Shown piece after piece: positions 34,761 to 48,270 of a stretch of DNA of 64,000 bases. Under the pieces are notes generated by a model, which saw nothing but the letters and a program-made list of their open reading frames with translations, was not told where the DNA came from and searched no databases. The stretch's first letter is position 1. Each line of letters opens with the position of its first letter. The DNA comes from Podarcis muralis. Its lineage: Eukaryota. The position numbers and the translations under genes are program-made. The stretch is from contig NC_135657.1 in the NCBI RefSeq assembly GCF_964188315.1, forward strand, positions 83,328,001 to 83,392,000. Reading direction: 5' to 3'.

Positions 34761-37205
34761 CACACTCACAAAATAAATGTAGCAACAGTGTATAGCAAAT
34801 ATTTGCACATCTCCACCATCTAAATAGAGGAATTCAGTTTATACAAGTGTGTGAACTAGCCCCCAATTATCTGGTAGGTGAACCAACAAAATTATGACCA
34901 AGAATTGGGCATTAAATCCCCAATGTAATCTAACTGGAAAGTTTTAAAAATGCATTTCACTTTTGGTTGTTCTAATTATCCTAACCCTTAATTAAAATCC
35001 AGGGGTGCCGATTAGGAAACACAGCATGGCAATAATTTACAAAGAAAATTGCTAAGCACTTGTATGTAAAATTCATCTTTCTCAATTTGGAAAATATTAT
35101 TAAGGACATGCATTCGTCAGTTAATTAATTTGATCCAGATAGCTCCCCAGCCACAACTTGGAAAGAACTATTTCCTTTGCTGTCTGCTGCTTCTTGGAAT
35201 CACCCTAAGAAGCGGGGATGTAACTGAGGAGAGGGGGAAATGGCAAGAAGATGGTTTTAAGAAGCACATAGGCCAGTAAAAGATATCATGTGGAGACAAG
35301 AACACCCTGGGAGTGAACAAGAAGGGAATCAGTTTTTTCCAGCAAGAACTGACAGCAATGCAGCAAAATACAACAAACTCCCACTAAAATAAAACATGGC
35401 AAAGTTAGTAAGTCCCATTCCTTTGCATTCAATGGGCCTAGTCACAACCTTTTGATGGATTGTGTCCACTTGGCAGTTAGAATCAAGCAGAATAAAGTTA
35501 CTGGAAAACTGACTGCTGCAAAACCAAACTAATCTAGCTCGTCTAAGCAAGCAGTAGCTGCAGAGTCTACTGACCGATGGACCCCTTCTGACACCTGAGT
35601 TCCACTTCATTCACCACAAATGTGATGGGAAAATAAAGAGCTTGCTGATTGTCTGGATGCTTTCCAACATTTTGTAGTATTAAGTTTCTAGTTGATTAAC
35701 CTGTTATTCAAGCATAGGTAAATCTGCAGAACACTTAACTAGTTGATGGTCTGTAGCACCTAAAATAATGCATGGGATTTAAATAACAACACAATTCACT
35801 ACATGTCATAAGTAATTTGACTGAGTTCAATGGAGCTTATTCCCAGGTATGTGGATATAGGATTGCAGCCTATATAGCTAATTTATGTAATGGAGCCTCT
35901 GGGATAATACCCCCCTTTCTCTTTTTGCCTCCCAGAAGTGCTCATGAAAGCACCTTCGTCCAGATAATCACACAATATAGTAGATGCCTGCAAGTCACAT
36001 AATAATGCTAACTCTCAACTAGGCTATGAAAACATGTTTGTGGCTTTTTATTTTATATGAGGTAACACTTAAGTACCTTTTCATGAGGGGAGTTCTTCAA
36101 ATAGGTGGCAGAAGGATTTTGCTTGGCAGAGACAGTAAACCACCACTGTTCTCTTGGAAAAAGAGTGTGTCTCCAATCTGTATTTTGAATGCCTGACAGT
36201 AGTTAAAAGTAATTTAATAAAACTGCATTTCTTTTTATATGGGGACAATTTGCAAGAGAGGAAGACTCACTTTTCAAAGCAATGCTCTCAGGCCTGGCAG
36301 CAGGGATGATTAAATACAGATATGGCTTTGAAAGAAATTCAGTACAACTGCTGGCTGAGGCTGGCTCGTAAGATTAAAAGGAAACAAAACCATCTGTGGG
36401 ATGAGTCGCCAGGCCAAAGTAGCTGCTATTGAAAACAAATAACTGAATTGGAACTGGATGTAATTATGTCTGTGTTGTAACTGCAAATAGGAAAAGAGCT
36501 CTGGTCATTGCCATCAAGGTATAATTGTTTTGTACAGAACTATTGTAGAAAAATAAAGTCCAAGAGGAATGCATCAGAATGCTAGGAGGAACCCCAAGGT
36601 TTAAATAAGTACAATAAATATGTTTTTTTTAATTAAAAAAAAACTAAAGGGGGAGGGCAAAGAATAAAACCACAAAGAGGTCGATGAAATCTGAATAGGA
36701 TCAGTAACCACAGGATGTTGAAGATCAGTTGAAAAAGAAAAGCAGAAAACGTGGGGGAGTGGAGGGTGGAATGGGGTATCCTGAAAAATGACTTGGCATG
36801 CTGGCTAGCAACCTAAGTAGGGAGACTCCATGAAGATTGCTGGGGATGCCCTTGTGGAACCAAAGCAAAACGGGTGAGCACCCATTTAAAATCAGCTAGT
36901 TTAAATGCACAGACCTCAATGGAAGAAAAGCAAGCTAATGAATTGCTATGTAAAAAAGGAAACAAATTTTACTGGCATTGTGAAGACTTGAGACCTAATA
37001 CAAAGCATGTTTACTCAGAACTGTTCTGTAAAAATGATCATCTGTTCAAATCTGCTATTCCTGATATTTTTGCTTTATATACATGCAATCTTTGCTCCCT
37101 TGAGCTATTCATGTATGTGTAAAAAAAATAAAATTGCCCTGTCCAAATATTATTAGAATTCTGTAAATAAAAGGGGAGGAGTGGTAGTTTCACATATATA
37201 CTTAC

Positions 37206-37348
37206 CTGGTGCAAACGTTCAGCGTTAAATGATTTATATCTTTTTTGTCATCCTTTACGACAACATCCAAATCAAAGGCTTCCTGACTTTGTGCAGATCT
37301 ACGCCGCCTACTGGTATGTGAATTTTTCACGTTGTACATAATATTGAG
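37206..37348 (-). CDS. CD109: CD109 exon, 143 nt: LNIMYNVKNSHTSRRRRSAQSQEAFDLDVVVKDDKKDINHLTLNVCT
   Basis: GTGTAG acceptor, GTAAGT donor, phase 0-2; RRRR codons at 37298-37309. Confidence 0.96.
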
Positions 37349-38666
37349 CTACACGAGTGGAAACATCAAACGTGAAATTACTGGTGTGTATATAAGTGAT
37401 ATAATGCAAACATCTGAGATCAAACTGCAGGACTATGAAAGAGCTCTTGAAGAGAGGTAAGAATAGGGCAGTCTAGATTCTAGATCCTGAAAACTTTATA
37501 GTTGTGATACAGTTTCAGCATCAACATTCACTATAGAATAATTTGAGTCAATCCAGAAAGTAAGAGAAGCAAAACTGCCAGGCTAATGCAAGCAAATTTT
37601 GAAATCCCATGAGCATGCTGCCATTAACATTATGCTGCCATTAAGGACGGATAGGGGTGTAACTTGTATGAATCCGAAGGCATTGCAAGCTGTCATGTCA
37701 ACCATTGAAAGTGGCATAAACAAAGAAAAGGTACTTCTGTACTTGGAAATATGCTAGTGATGCAAATATCATTTTATTTAATAATTAGACAGAATACTTT
37801 AGCAGAAAAACACTTCTGCATGCAAAAACATAGGCTCTTGACTCTTTATTTTAATTTTATTACTAAATTTCCTATCAGCTCACCCAGACATTGAGCAAGG
37901 GTGACAGTTAGGGCATCTTACAACTGTGGTGCTATCAGAGATCCTTTATTGCTAATCATAACACTTAGATCATAGATAGCAAATCTCTACACCTCATGAC
38001 ATACAGCTTCAGGTAACTGACAGGTGTGTGTGGTTTGTCCAAAATGGCTTCACATGCCAAATTTAGAGAGTTTGTTGGGCCTAATTAGGCCCACAGGCTG
38101 GTTTTCCACCACTGTATTAAAGAAAAGTTGGAACTGATTTCCCACGAATGAAACTCAGAAGAAATTCATTAAAACAACAAGTTTATAATATAGCATAGGT
38201 CATATGACTACCTGCCCCCCCAAAAAACGTCCTTATCTCTCTCTTATATTGCAAAGCAGAGTAAACATGAAACCATCCCAAAATAAAGGTTGCTTCCAAA
38301 ACACGAAGCCTTCCACAGTAAAATCTTAAGTGTTATTTACTAATGTAAATACTAGTCACCTTAGGAATCAAGTGTTATTGAAGGCTTAATATATGGTACT
38401 AAACATATACACAGTACATATGCTGCAAATAAAAGTGTTCCATTCCATTAACCCTCTTCAAGGGAAAATATCAATTACATGCATAGCAAGAGACTACAAC
38501 AGATAAATATTTACTCTCCATTAGTTTCTTTTCCCAGATCATTTTCTCTACTCCCTGCTTTATATAAAAGCAACTCAATCTTCCTTTGTTTTACCCAATG
38601 TAGAGAGATCATGTGGGTAGGAGGCAAGCAAGAGAAGCAACCAGAGAAGGTGGGGTGCTTGACCAA

Positions 38667-38883
38667 GGGCTTAGCCACACTTCTTCATGTCCCACTGCTT
38701 TCCCCCAGGCAAAATCACTCTTTAGCATTTAATCGGAGCAAACAGCAATTTGGGTTTTCGGATCTATTGTTCGGATCCATTGCTAAACAGCTGGATTTCC
38801 CTTGGAAAGGAGATGGGCAAGGGGGAAGCCCCTCGAACCCATGCTTTCTAAGCATGGCACAAGCCAAAGTGTGGAACAGCCCC
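38667..38883. mobile_element. Related older MITE (GGGCT..CCACACTT TIR)
   Basis: Left GGGCTTAGCCACACTT, right AAAGTGTGGAACAGCCC. Confidence 0.5.
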
Positions 38884-41800
38884 TAATTAATCTATGTCTA
38901 TCAGTTTCCTCTTCTCATGAGGTTCAAAATGCAGGTTTGTAAAAGCATTTAGAAACCTACAGAGATAAAATTGGAGGGGAAGGGTGCTATGGAACAAGGC
39001 ATAGTTCCCTCTTCAAAAAACAAAATTGTTACTTGTGGCACTGCTGCATACATTGGCATATAATATGTAGGTAGTCCCTTAGTTTATGTCCTCTCAGAGT
39101 TTAGGAAACTAAATACAGAACTGCTGTAATATAAAAAGACCCGCCCGCCCCCCCAAAAAAGCAAGGAAGGTAAAACACATCACTGTTTCTGAATGAAAAC
39201 ATCCAGTCCTAAGGCCTCAAAAGAAGCCCATCAGGATCCCAAAATAATAAAAAAAGTTGAACATGCTTTCTCCTTATTGGAGGCATGTTGTGAATTTGGT
39301 CAAATCAAGCGGGAAGCAAATCAGCAATTTGTCAACACCCAAAAGCTGTTGTTTTAGTATTTGCCAAGAGAAGCAAACGGGTAAGAATTTACCAGCAGCA
39401 CAGGAACATCTGAAACAATATACTGAATGACCCCTTAAGGACACATTTAATTGAAAGAAGCTTCATGTTTAATCTTCCATTCCTTCTTGGTACTGGACAA
39501 AGAAAAGCCCACAGAGAAAGAAAGGCTCACAGAGGAGTGACTGAATATGATTTACCTGACTACAGTATCCACTCAGGAATGGAAAAACTCCTTCCTTCTC
39601 TGCTGCATAGGGTGCAAAACAAGATTTCATACCACACGCAAAGAGCATTTACTGACTCATTTTGTAGGGCACATCATTTTGAAGGTTTAGAAGACAGAGA
39701 TGCATTCCAGTGTACAGCCAGCCCTTCACAATTCACACACACAAGTGACTTACACCTAGGCTGGTACCCACAGCTGTCAACACTGGGGTTTGTGAGGATG
39801 GCAAAACTAATTCAGGTCTTGCAGACCTTTTGTACAATATGCGAACATTTGCTACACATTTTCTGGGAACAAACCATCTTCCCTTAAGATTGCACTTTTG
39901 TTCTAGGGCAAATGTACTTTACAAGCACTTAAATATACAATGTTTTGTATCTGGGAAAATGTAATAGTTTCTCCAGATTGTGCAGGCATTGTTTTTTGTA
40001 ACTGGATGTAAGTGTGAGTGTCTGGGCATTTACTAGATAATGCTCACGTCTGAATAACTGAATTCATGTCTGTACTATTTTGTGATCTTCCTAGTTAAGG
40101 TTTTTATTTGTTTGAAATTATTGGACTGTTGAGTGTTTCCAGCTGCCTAACCTGAACACTGGCATGCTCATCCTGACACTTTTCTTTAAGTGGCAAAACC
40201 CAAATTGGCCCGCCTCCCCCATTATGTAAACTTTAGGTTTTGGGGTTTTTTTTAATCTTTAAGGTTGGGAGTTCTCTATCCCCTGTGCTGGAGCACACAA
40301 CCCACTAGGTTTAAGAAGGCGGAGAAAGAGCAGCGTAGTCTGAAGCAAAGTTCCTCATATCTTTATATAAAGAATTGGGGACATTGCAAACTGTAGCTGG
40401 ATCAGGATGACTGGGGACACTCTTTTGTTTAATTGTGTGGAAAGGCCAGCAGTCCTGCTTGGCAAAAGTCATGTTCTGGCTGTGGGGCAAAATACATTCT
40501 AGACTCCTGGATCATCTCTAGATCCACACTACTGGTTTAGCTAAAAGAAAATAAAAATTGCCAAAATAAATAGGAAGCTGCTGTGGCAAAACAGCACACT
40601 GAAAGGGACTATCCAGGAACACTGACGGAGAGCTGGAATTCAGTGTTTGTAACACTTAGTGTAACTAAGCTTACCAACTTCTGACCCCCAAGAGGCTCCT
40701 GTTTCTTCCAGGAAGCACAGCAGCTCCTAGCACACTAAGGAAATAGCAGGACAAACTGCACTCCAGCAACTACTGACAGCAACAGAGCAATCTTCAACGC
40801 CAGTCACTGGCAGCCTTATTAAGCTTTTTTTAAAAAAAAATCTGGCGGCAGTCCCTGCAATATTCCATCTGAAATGTGTCAAGTATTTGGAAAAATCTCC
40901 TACCAGTCCAGGAATCCTTTGCTTTCCTATGTTTATTCTTAAGCCTCTGATCATAGCAAACAGATGTCTGGATGGAGGTATATGCTAAAGGGTTATCTTC
41001 AGCAGGAGTTTCTTCTCCAAAGTATTTTATTTGGCTGTTAAATTGAGTGTTGAGGAAGGAAATGGAATGTTAAACTAACAGCACAATCCAGCACGTGTCT
41101 ACTCAAAAGTAAGACTAATGGGGCTAAGTCTCAGGTAACTGTGCATGCAGCCTAACTTGCGTAAAAAAACAACAAATGCAAGCACCTGTAAAAATGGGTC
41201 ATAAACAACCTCATAAAACCAGATGGGTATGATCCCAAGGGAGCCCTGTCAATGTCCAGTGTGTTAAGAAGTCCAAAATATATTTTATTTGGTTAAGCAG
41301 AGTTGAAACCCTAATTTCATGGAGTTGCATCCAACAAGGCTGTTCTGTTAATGCAAAAACTTCTGCTTGTGAAAGCACAAGTCAGCTGCAGGTCGGGGGA
41401 ATCCCCAGAACCGATTTGGGGGGCACATGGAGGAAAGGAGAGAAGAGGGGGGAGAAGTTTTGCTGCACAAGCAGATGTTCTTGCGTGAACATTTGGATGC
41501 AACCCCAAATAAGCATGTCCATCTTGACTAAAACAACAAGGCACATTAATTAAAACCAATTTGGATCCCTCACTTTGCTGCAGGTATATGCATGGAACAG
41601 ATGTTCGTATCCAAAACAAAAGAAAGGGCTTCTGGAAGTCAGGCATGACATTGCCAGAGGTTTCAGCTAGATCAGCCCATTTCACAGTGAAGAGTTTAAT
41701 TAAGGATGCTTTCTTCCAGCCAACAGAAAAGCTTGCTGCGTAAGTTTATCAACAGTAGACACAAAGAGCATAACAACTATGCCTTTGATTTTGATTTATT

Positions 41801-43390
41801 TTTTTTAATCCAAGATAAATAAAGTTTCAAACAGGCTGACCAGAAGGCAATAAAGATGCTGGGACACCTGGTACGGAAAAAAATAATAATACTCAGATGG
41901 ATATAAGATACTTAGGAATAGACAGATCTCCTAAAAATCAGGCCTGTGTTATTAGAATTGCAAAGAGAGAGGCAATAATCAATCACCAGAAGGTCTCCAC
42001 AGAACTGAATGGAGGAAAAAAACTTGTAATGGGGCCTCCCAGGTACCTCCCAACCCAGTCCCACTGTTTCTGTAGTTCCAAACAGGCACAACATCGGGGG
42101 GGGGGGGGATTACTGATCCCTTTAACAAGTCGGCTACACATGGTTGGCAATCTGCATTTTGTTGGTGAGCAGCATCTTGTGAAGACCTGCCAACAGAGGA
42201 CCTGCACCAGTTACCAAATGTGGCTGGCAACTATCATGCTTCCTCATCAAACTCTTATTTGCTATCAGACGACTCCTTTGGTTAGCTGCTGCACAGCTGC
42301 GCAGCCTTAAGTACAAAAAAGGGTTTTTACAACCCAGAGCCTTTTAACAGGATAGAAATGTTTCCTGCATGTGGTGAGTAGGACGAAGATGTCCTCCTAT
42401 TACTCATTTTGCTGTTATTTAAAGAAGAAAACTAGGCTGTGTCACGTTTAAGGGCTCTGGAAGTGAGGAGCAATCTGCAGGATGCCTCTGGAGGAGTATC
42501 GTCAAGCCCTCTGCCAAGCCCCACCCAACCTTCCACAAGCTCCTTGTGCAGAATAGCTGTGCCATGCAAGGGCACCGGCACAGAAGTGCCATTGGGAGCA
42601 GCTGTGGTAGCCCTTGGCCTGGGCTTCAACAGGAGGGGACAAATTGTTCTGCCACACCAGGGTTGGGATGCGTATGCCAGAACATATGAGCTGCTGCTTT
42701 GCAGCAATGGCTCACAGGATAAGGGAATTAATATAGCAAAAAAGAAAGAAAGATGGTAATAATCACATGCGATTTCATATCGCAGATGAAAAGCAGATCT
42801 AGCTTGTGGGCTGAAGTGGCGGGGGGAAATAACCCTTTGAAGGGTATCACAGTTCTTTTTCTTTCGGCAGGATTCCTGCCAAGTAAAAGGAAAGAAAGGA
42901 GGTGGTTCCAGCAAACCCAAACTGTATTGGATGAAATTATTCCAGAAGTCTTTATTTCTTTTGCTTTGCCAAACTACAGACGAGAAAGTGCAGGGTCTTG
43001 GAACTGTATCACGGAAGACCCGTGCTTGAAATCTGTTTTTGCTATAGTCGTGGAAATAATGGCTTTCCAGCCATCTGCCTTGCTCTGCCCCCCAGCTACA
43101 GGAATCTCCTACTTCGTCAAGGAAAAGTTAGTGCCAAGCTGTACCAGATTTCCTGAGTCTCTAATGACCTAGTGGTAAGGATAAGCCATGTAGGCCTGGA
43201 AGGGTCAAGCCCCACTAATAGCATAAGGTTACCACTTGTGATGCTAACCAATGCCACTTAAAAAGTAACAAGACAATCCTAGACACAATTAATTATGTGT
43301 AAACTCCATTCGTTCAAGTGGAATAATCTTAAGGGGAAATATGCATAGAATCAATGTTACTGTTACGAAACAAGTAAATCTGTACTTAGT

Positions 43391-43737
43391 AAAGGGTAAA
43401 GGGACCCCTGACCATTAGGTCCAGTTGCGGACGGCTCTGGGGTTGCGGCACTCATCTCGCTTTACTGGTGGAGGGAGCCGGCATACAGCTTCCGGGTCGT
43501 GTGGCCAGCATGACTAAGCCGCTTCTGGCAAACCAGAGCAGCGCACGGAAATGCCGTTTACCTTTCTGCCGGAGCGGTACCTATTTATCTACTTGCACTT
43601 TGACGTGCTTTCGAACTGCTAGGTGGGCAGGAGCAGGGACCGAGCAATGGGAGCTCACCCCATCAAGGAGATTCGAACCGCCGACCTTCTGATCGGCAAG
43701 CCCTAGGCTCTGTGGTTTAACCCACTGAGCCACCTTA
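43391..43737 (-). mobile_element. Sauria SINE in CD109 intron
   Basis: Family match; 10-bp TSD TGTACTTAGT at 43381-43390 and 43738-43747. Confidence 0.9.
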
Positions 43738-44887
43738 TGTACTTAGTGCTTGAAGTGAATTTATTGTTGCAATAAATTTAAACCCATTACAGAATGCTTA
43801 TGTTTGATTAATTCTGGATTTAAAATTAATCTGATAGGTTCATTATTTAAAAAGAAGCTTCTGATATTTTGCATTTGTTGTTAACTTTTAGCAGTCTTAC
43901 TGTTGTTGGAAGCAATTCCTGCTAACTCCACTACCTTCAAATATGATGGATGAGCAAGCAATTGCCTTCTGTGATACCGACAGAATTCTTGGCCTCCACT
44001 GCTGGAACTGAAATTATTCTCAAACACATTTGAACTTTATGGTAATCAGAAACAGCATTTATGAAAATGCACACACCAGAATAATGCCAATTTACACTGC
44101 TCTGGTCTCTTACTGAGATTTTACAGGAATAACATATAGTTTACTCTTCAACTTCCGCCAGTGTTGAATTACAGCTGATGTATGGCTGATTACTGTTTAT
44201 CTGCAGCAGATTAGTTTGTTTGTTGCACATAATTCAAGTCATCATGGAAAGTGGTTCATGTAATTTATGCACTCAGTTTAATACTTTCTATGGGAATTAA
44301 AGACAAAAGTATGCGATAAAGGTATTGGATTTCTACGCTAAACTATATTCTGCACTCTTACCACCTTCAAACTACAAACAACATTATCTCTTCTGGAAGC
44401 ATCTACAAATGGTGGCAGATACCAAACATAAATGTAGCCAAACACAAATACTCTCGTAAGAGGGAAGGGATGGAAAACTTCCATTGGGTGAAGGTCATGT
44501 GCCCACAGGAATTAAAAACCAAACCATAGATTCTTTATGTTATGGACGGCCTTACTAGTTACCATATGATTGTTATAATTGAATGATAGAGCGCTTTAAG
44601 AGAGTCCAGTACAAGGAGCAGACAAAACACACTGGAAAAATCCAAGTTAATTAAGTCACAGGGACTCTAGTAAGTGGCCTAGATCACATAATATTGAGTC
44701 CACTTTTGAAAATGAAAAATGGCACCCCCCCACCCACCTTCTGTTCTAAATCACTGTTGTGGCGCCCTGTTAGCTCAGCAACCAGTGCGGGTGAGCCAAT
44801 CACACACCCCTAAATCCAGCTCAGAACGTAGTTTCTAGTTCAAATAGCCTTCTGAAAAGGAAGTTCCACAAAAGCAAAATCACATAC

Positions 44888-44953
44888 CTGGAAGAGTCCC
44901 AAGCCACGGCCGCTTGCAAAAACTGTAACTCCCACTGGCTGTGTAGCTGCAAC
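44888..44953 (-). CDS. CD109: CD109 exon, 66 nt: VAATQPVGVTVFASGRGLGLFQ
   Basis: TTTTTAG acceptor after a 92-nt intron, GTATGT donor; matches human LAVVQPTAVNISANGFGFAICQ. Confidence 0.92.
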
Positions 44954-45045
44954 CTAAAAACAATGGTGAGTATTAGCATGTTCAAAAAAGCACAATGAAC
45001 TGAATGCACTGTACTGAAAACAGAAGGGCTTCTTTACTACAGTAC

Positions 45046-45201
45046 CTCTTTGGTCTTGAGAAGTAAGCGGTTTTCATTATTAATTCTGAACACAACTGGA
45101 TCGTTTTCGCTAGATGGACTGACTGTTACATCCATTTCTGTTTCAATGCCAGTAGTAAGCATTGCACAGGCACTCAAAGCCTGCAGGGCCACTATAGTGT
45201 C
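45046..45201 (-). CDS. CD109: CD109 exon, 156 nt: DTIVALQALSACAML…RINNENRLLLKTKE
   Basis: ATACAG acceptor, GTACTG donor, phase 0-0; continues STQ|DTxVALQAL. Confidence 0.95.
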
Positions 45202-45773
45202 CTGTATAGAGAAGCAAGAACAAATTATTGTTTAATACGGATGCCTCTAAAGTAAGTAGGTTCCAGCCTGCCTTAACAGTTGGATTGTTTTGCTCTTTGA
45301 GCTGAGACACACAGGAGTCTCTGAGTCTCCAAACATGTAGCTTGGACCAATGCTACAGCCAGCCAGCGTTCTGTTCCAGCCTATTCATAGGACCCATGGA
45401 CACAAGGAATGGGAGATGAGGCTGGCAGATGCAATCTTCCTTCTCCCTTCTTCACATATGCACTGGCACCCAGAGTGAATACTTGAACAGGGTGGTGGAC
45501 TTCCTTGTTCCTTCTGCTTGCTGCCCAAAGAAGCTAGGCAGAGCACCAGGCAGTATTTGCCCTGATCTTTAAAAACTATAATGGTTGCATGACAAATGCT
45601 TGACAAGTCACCTTTATACAAAAGTTTAAAGTTCTAATAAGGAAAAGGGACAGGGAGGGCAACGCCCAGCATGATAAACGAAACTGCTGCATAAAAATAA
45701 TTGCAGGAATTAGAATGCTAACACTGAACAATCATGGAACATGGAATGGGCTGTGCCAGTTTGTTGCTAATAT

Positions 45774-45902
45774 TGATGGTTCAGTTGGTAGAGCATGAGA
45801 CTCTTAATCTCAGGGTTGTAGGTTCAAGCCCCCGTTGAGTAAAAGAGGACTGGACTAGATGACCCTTATGGTCTCTTCCAACTCTACAATTCTATGATCC
45901 TA
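45774..45902 (+). mobile_element. tRNA-Lys(CTT)-derived SINE with CR1-type 3' tail
   Basis: Head GAGCATGAGACTCTTAATCTCAGGGTTGTAGGTTCAAGCCC followed by GGACTAGATGACC…TTCCAACTCTACAATTCTATGAT. Confidence 0.75.
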
Positions 45903-46537
45903 GATAAAGTAATTGGTCAAACATCCTTATGGAGTACACTCAGACCTAAGCTCAGTTTTGAATTCAATCCAAATTCAGTTTTCTATCTACTATGCCACAC
46001 TTGCTCACACTCATTTTTATGGAAGACTCCAAAGAGATCTGGAAGAGACCAATTGGAAAGCCTTCTAATTATCAAAGAGGAATCTGTTAAGTGTTTTCTT
46101 AGGTTTTAATGATTTGATAAATGGTTTTTCCAAGTAGCAAATACCCATCAGTAATGAATTCATTTCACTTCACTTCTATCCCACCTTTCTTTCGTCACAG
46201 AACTCTAGGTGGGATTCTCCATTCATGTGTTGGTCACATCAAACCCTACTTTGCTGCAACATTTGTCCACAGACAATGCTCTGGGCCTGTTAGCAATCAG
46301 GCTGTGGCTTTGGCATGCATTTTGTAGAAGGTACTGACTGGCTCCCTTGAAGAATCAAGCATTTCTTCCTTTCATCCTCAAAAACAAATGAACTCCTTGC
46401 AATTTAGAAACCAATTACCAAGCAGTTAATTTATCACAAGTTCAAAACAGTGCTTTTTGTGGCTGGAGCCACAAAAAAGACTAATATTAATTATGAAAAG
46501 ACAACAACAGTAAATTTTGTAAAGATGACTCTCTAAC

Positions 46538-46728
46538 CTGTGTAGAAGAATAGCCTCCCAGGTGGTTTCTTTGCTGGCTTAACCACTTCATAATAGGGAT
46601 CCCCTCTAATAATCTCTGTTGTTTAGCATGAGACAAAACAGCATAGCCTGCAACCTCAATATCTACAGACTGAGGCTGCCAGGAATCAGACAGTTGAGAA
46701 GCTTGTGATATCCAGAATCTGAGTTCTT
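46538..46728 (-). CDS. CD109: CD109 exon, 191 nt: EELRFWISQASQLSDSWQPQSVDIEVAGYAVL…WLSQQRNHLGGYSSTQ
   Basis: TTTTTCCAG acceptor, GTTAGA donor, phase 1-0; GGxxSTQ motif. Confidence 0.96.
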
Positions 46729-46768
46729 CTGGAAAAAGAAGAATAAACTTTTCACATAGCAGCAACAA

Positions 46769-46812
<44 letters not shown>
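46769..46812. repeat. (AAT)14 microsatellite
   Basis: Direct reading. Confidence 0.95.
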
Positions 46813-47219
46813 GCCTTTCACAACTAAGAAACTATAATAGTCTGAAGTCCACATACAGTCAACCATTTCAAATATCAATTATTTTGAAAAGAGCATGGCT
46901 GCCTAGCTAGAATCCTGAACAAGAACACTCCACACTGCAACATTTTGTTGCAGGTGCCACTTGAAAATGAGCATGATGCATGCATGGGCAAATTAATAAA
47001 AACTTATTGACTTATCAAATAAAAGAAAGGCGGTAATCCACTTTTTGTATATTCAAGGAGAAGCCTACAAAGCTCAAATTAAGTTCCAGAAGCATTCCGA
47101 ATATTCTCAAAATTAAAAACAGTGACCACCTTTAAAACTAGGGATTTCTTGGTGAGGGTTATGAATAATGCTGTATCTCAGGTTCTATAGGTTTGACTGA
47201 CACTTTCTTTATACTAACA

Positions 47220-47571
47220 CAGTGTTTCTCAGACAGTGGGTTGGGATCCACCAGTGGACCACAAGCCACTTTTAGGTGGGCCTCAGCCTGGCCAGGGCCT
47301 CCTCACTTGCCTGCCTCACCCCACAATAAGTGCCATGGCTGGAAGATAGACATTTTTGGGGTAAGGGAAGGGAGATCTCCCTCCTCTGATGGGAAAGAGG
47401 AAGAGAATCTGTTGAAGGAAATTAAAAAGTGAGGAAAAAATACCCATGCCAAATTCTGCTTCCATCTGCCACCATTTTGTGACTGGTTTGGCCCCTGCAC
47501 CACCCATTTTGTGACTGGTGGACCTCAGTTATGTAACATGGATCCTGGGGCTAGAAAGTGTGAGAACCCTG
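47220..47571. mobile_element. hAT-type non-autonomous element in CD109 intron
   Basis: Ends CAGTGTTTCTCA / TGAGAACCCTG; 8-bp TSD TACTAACA vs TACTATCA (7/8). Confidence 0.72.
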
Positions 47572-47626
47572 TACTATCATAGTGGTTGTACCATCTGCAA
47601 TTGTAAATTCAGCTGTCTTACACTAC

Positions 47627-47792
47627 CTTGATGTTCTGATCTCTCATTCAGTAGGTCCAGAGCTCGCTTTGCTTCCGCACTCTTTGCCAGCGATAAAGCA
47701 TAAGTCACAAGGGCAAGCGTATGATTATCTGATATGCCTTCACTTAATTTAAATTCCAGAAAGTCCAGTGCTTTTCTTATAGCATAATCATA
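47627..47792 (-). CDS. CD109: CD109 exon, 166 nt: YDYAIRKALDFLEFKLSEGISDNHTLALVTYALSLAKS…RSEHQ
   Basis: TTTCTGCAG acceptor, GTAGTG donor, phase 0-1; matches human GISDNYTLALITYALS. Confidence 0.95.
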
Positions 47793-48270
47793 CTGCAGAA
47801 AGAAAAATATGAAATAAGCTATGAACTCCCTTTAACCAAGCAAATGTTAAATTGCAATCTTCATACATTAATGTCAGGGTTGTGTGTATGCTGTAATTCC
47901 ACAAAAAAAACAGAATGTTGGCTTGATCACATAATCCAGCGGCCTGAGAATCTTAGCTTTCTTTTTAAAAACAGCAAGTTTGTAGCCTTTATGGCTGAAA
48001 AGATGCTTGAAAGGGTATGGGCAAGACCTGAAATCTCAGGATCCAGATGAAGCTTAGTGGAGATGGGGAGATTTCAGTGCCTTCTATAGCTCCTTGCCCA
48101 CCTCCAGCACAGATCATGCAAACCACACAACAGAAAATATGCAATGAAAGGGGAAATGCAAATTGCATTTTGAAGATAAATGAAAATAAAAATGAAGAGA
48201 AACCCATTCCTGGTCTAACAGAAATATAATAGATCCTTCTTAACATGCAAGCCCAAGTTGGACAGAGTTT

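Noticed and set aside
39465-39887. 140-aa intronic ORF antisense to CD109
   Set aside because: No domain similarity or splice/promoter context; compatible with chance.
45774-45845. tRNA-Lys(CTT) gene
   Set aside because: The acceptor stem is degenerate and it runs into a CR1-type tail; it is a SINE head.
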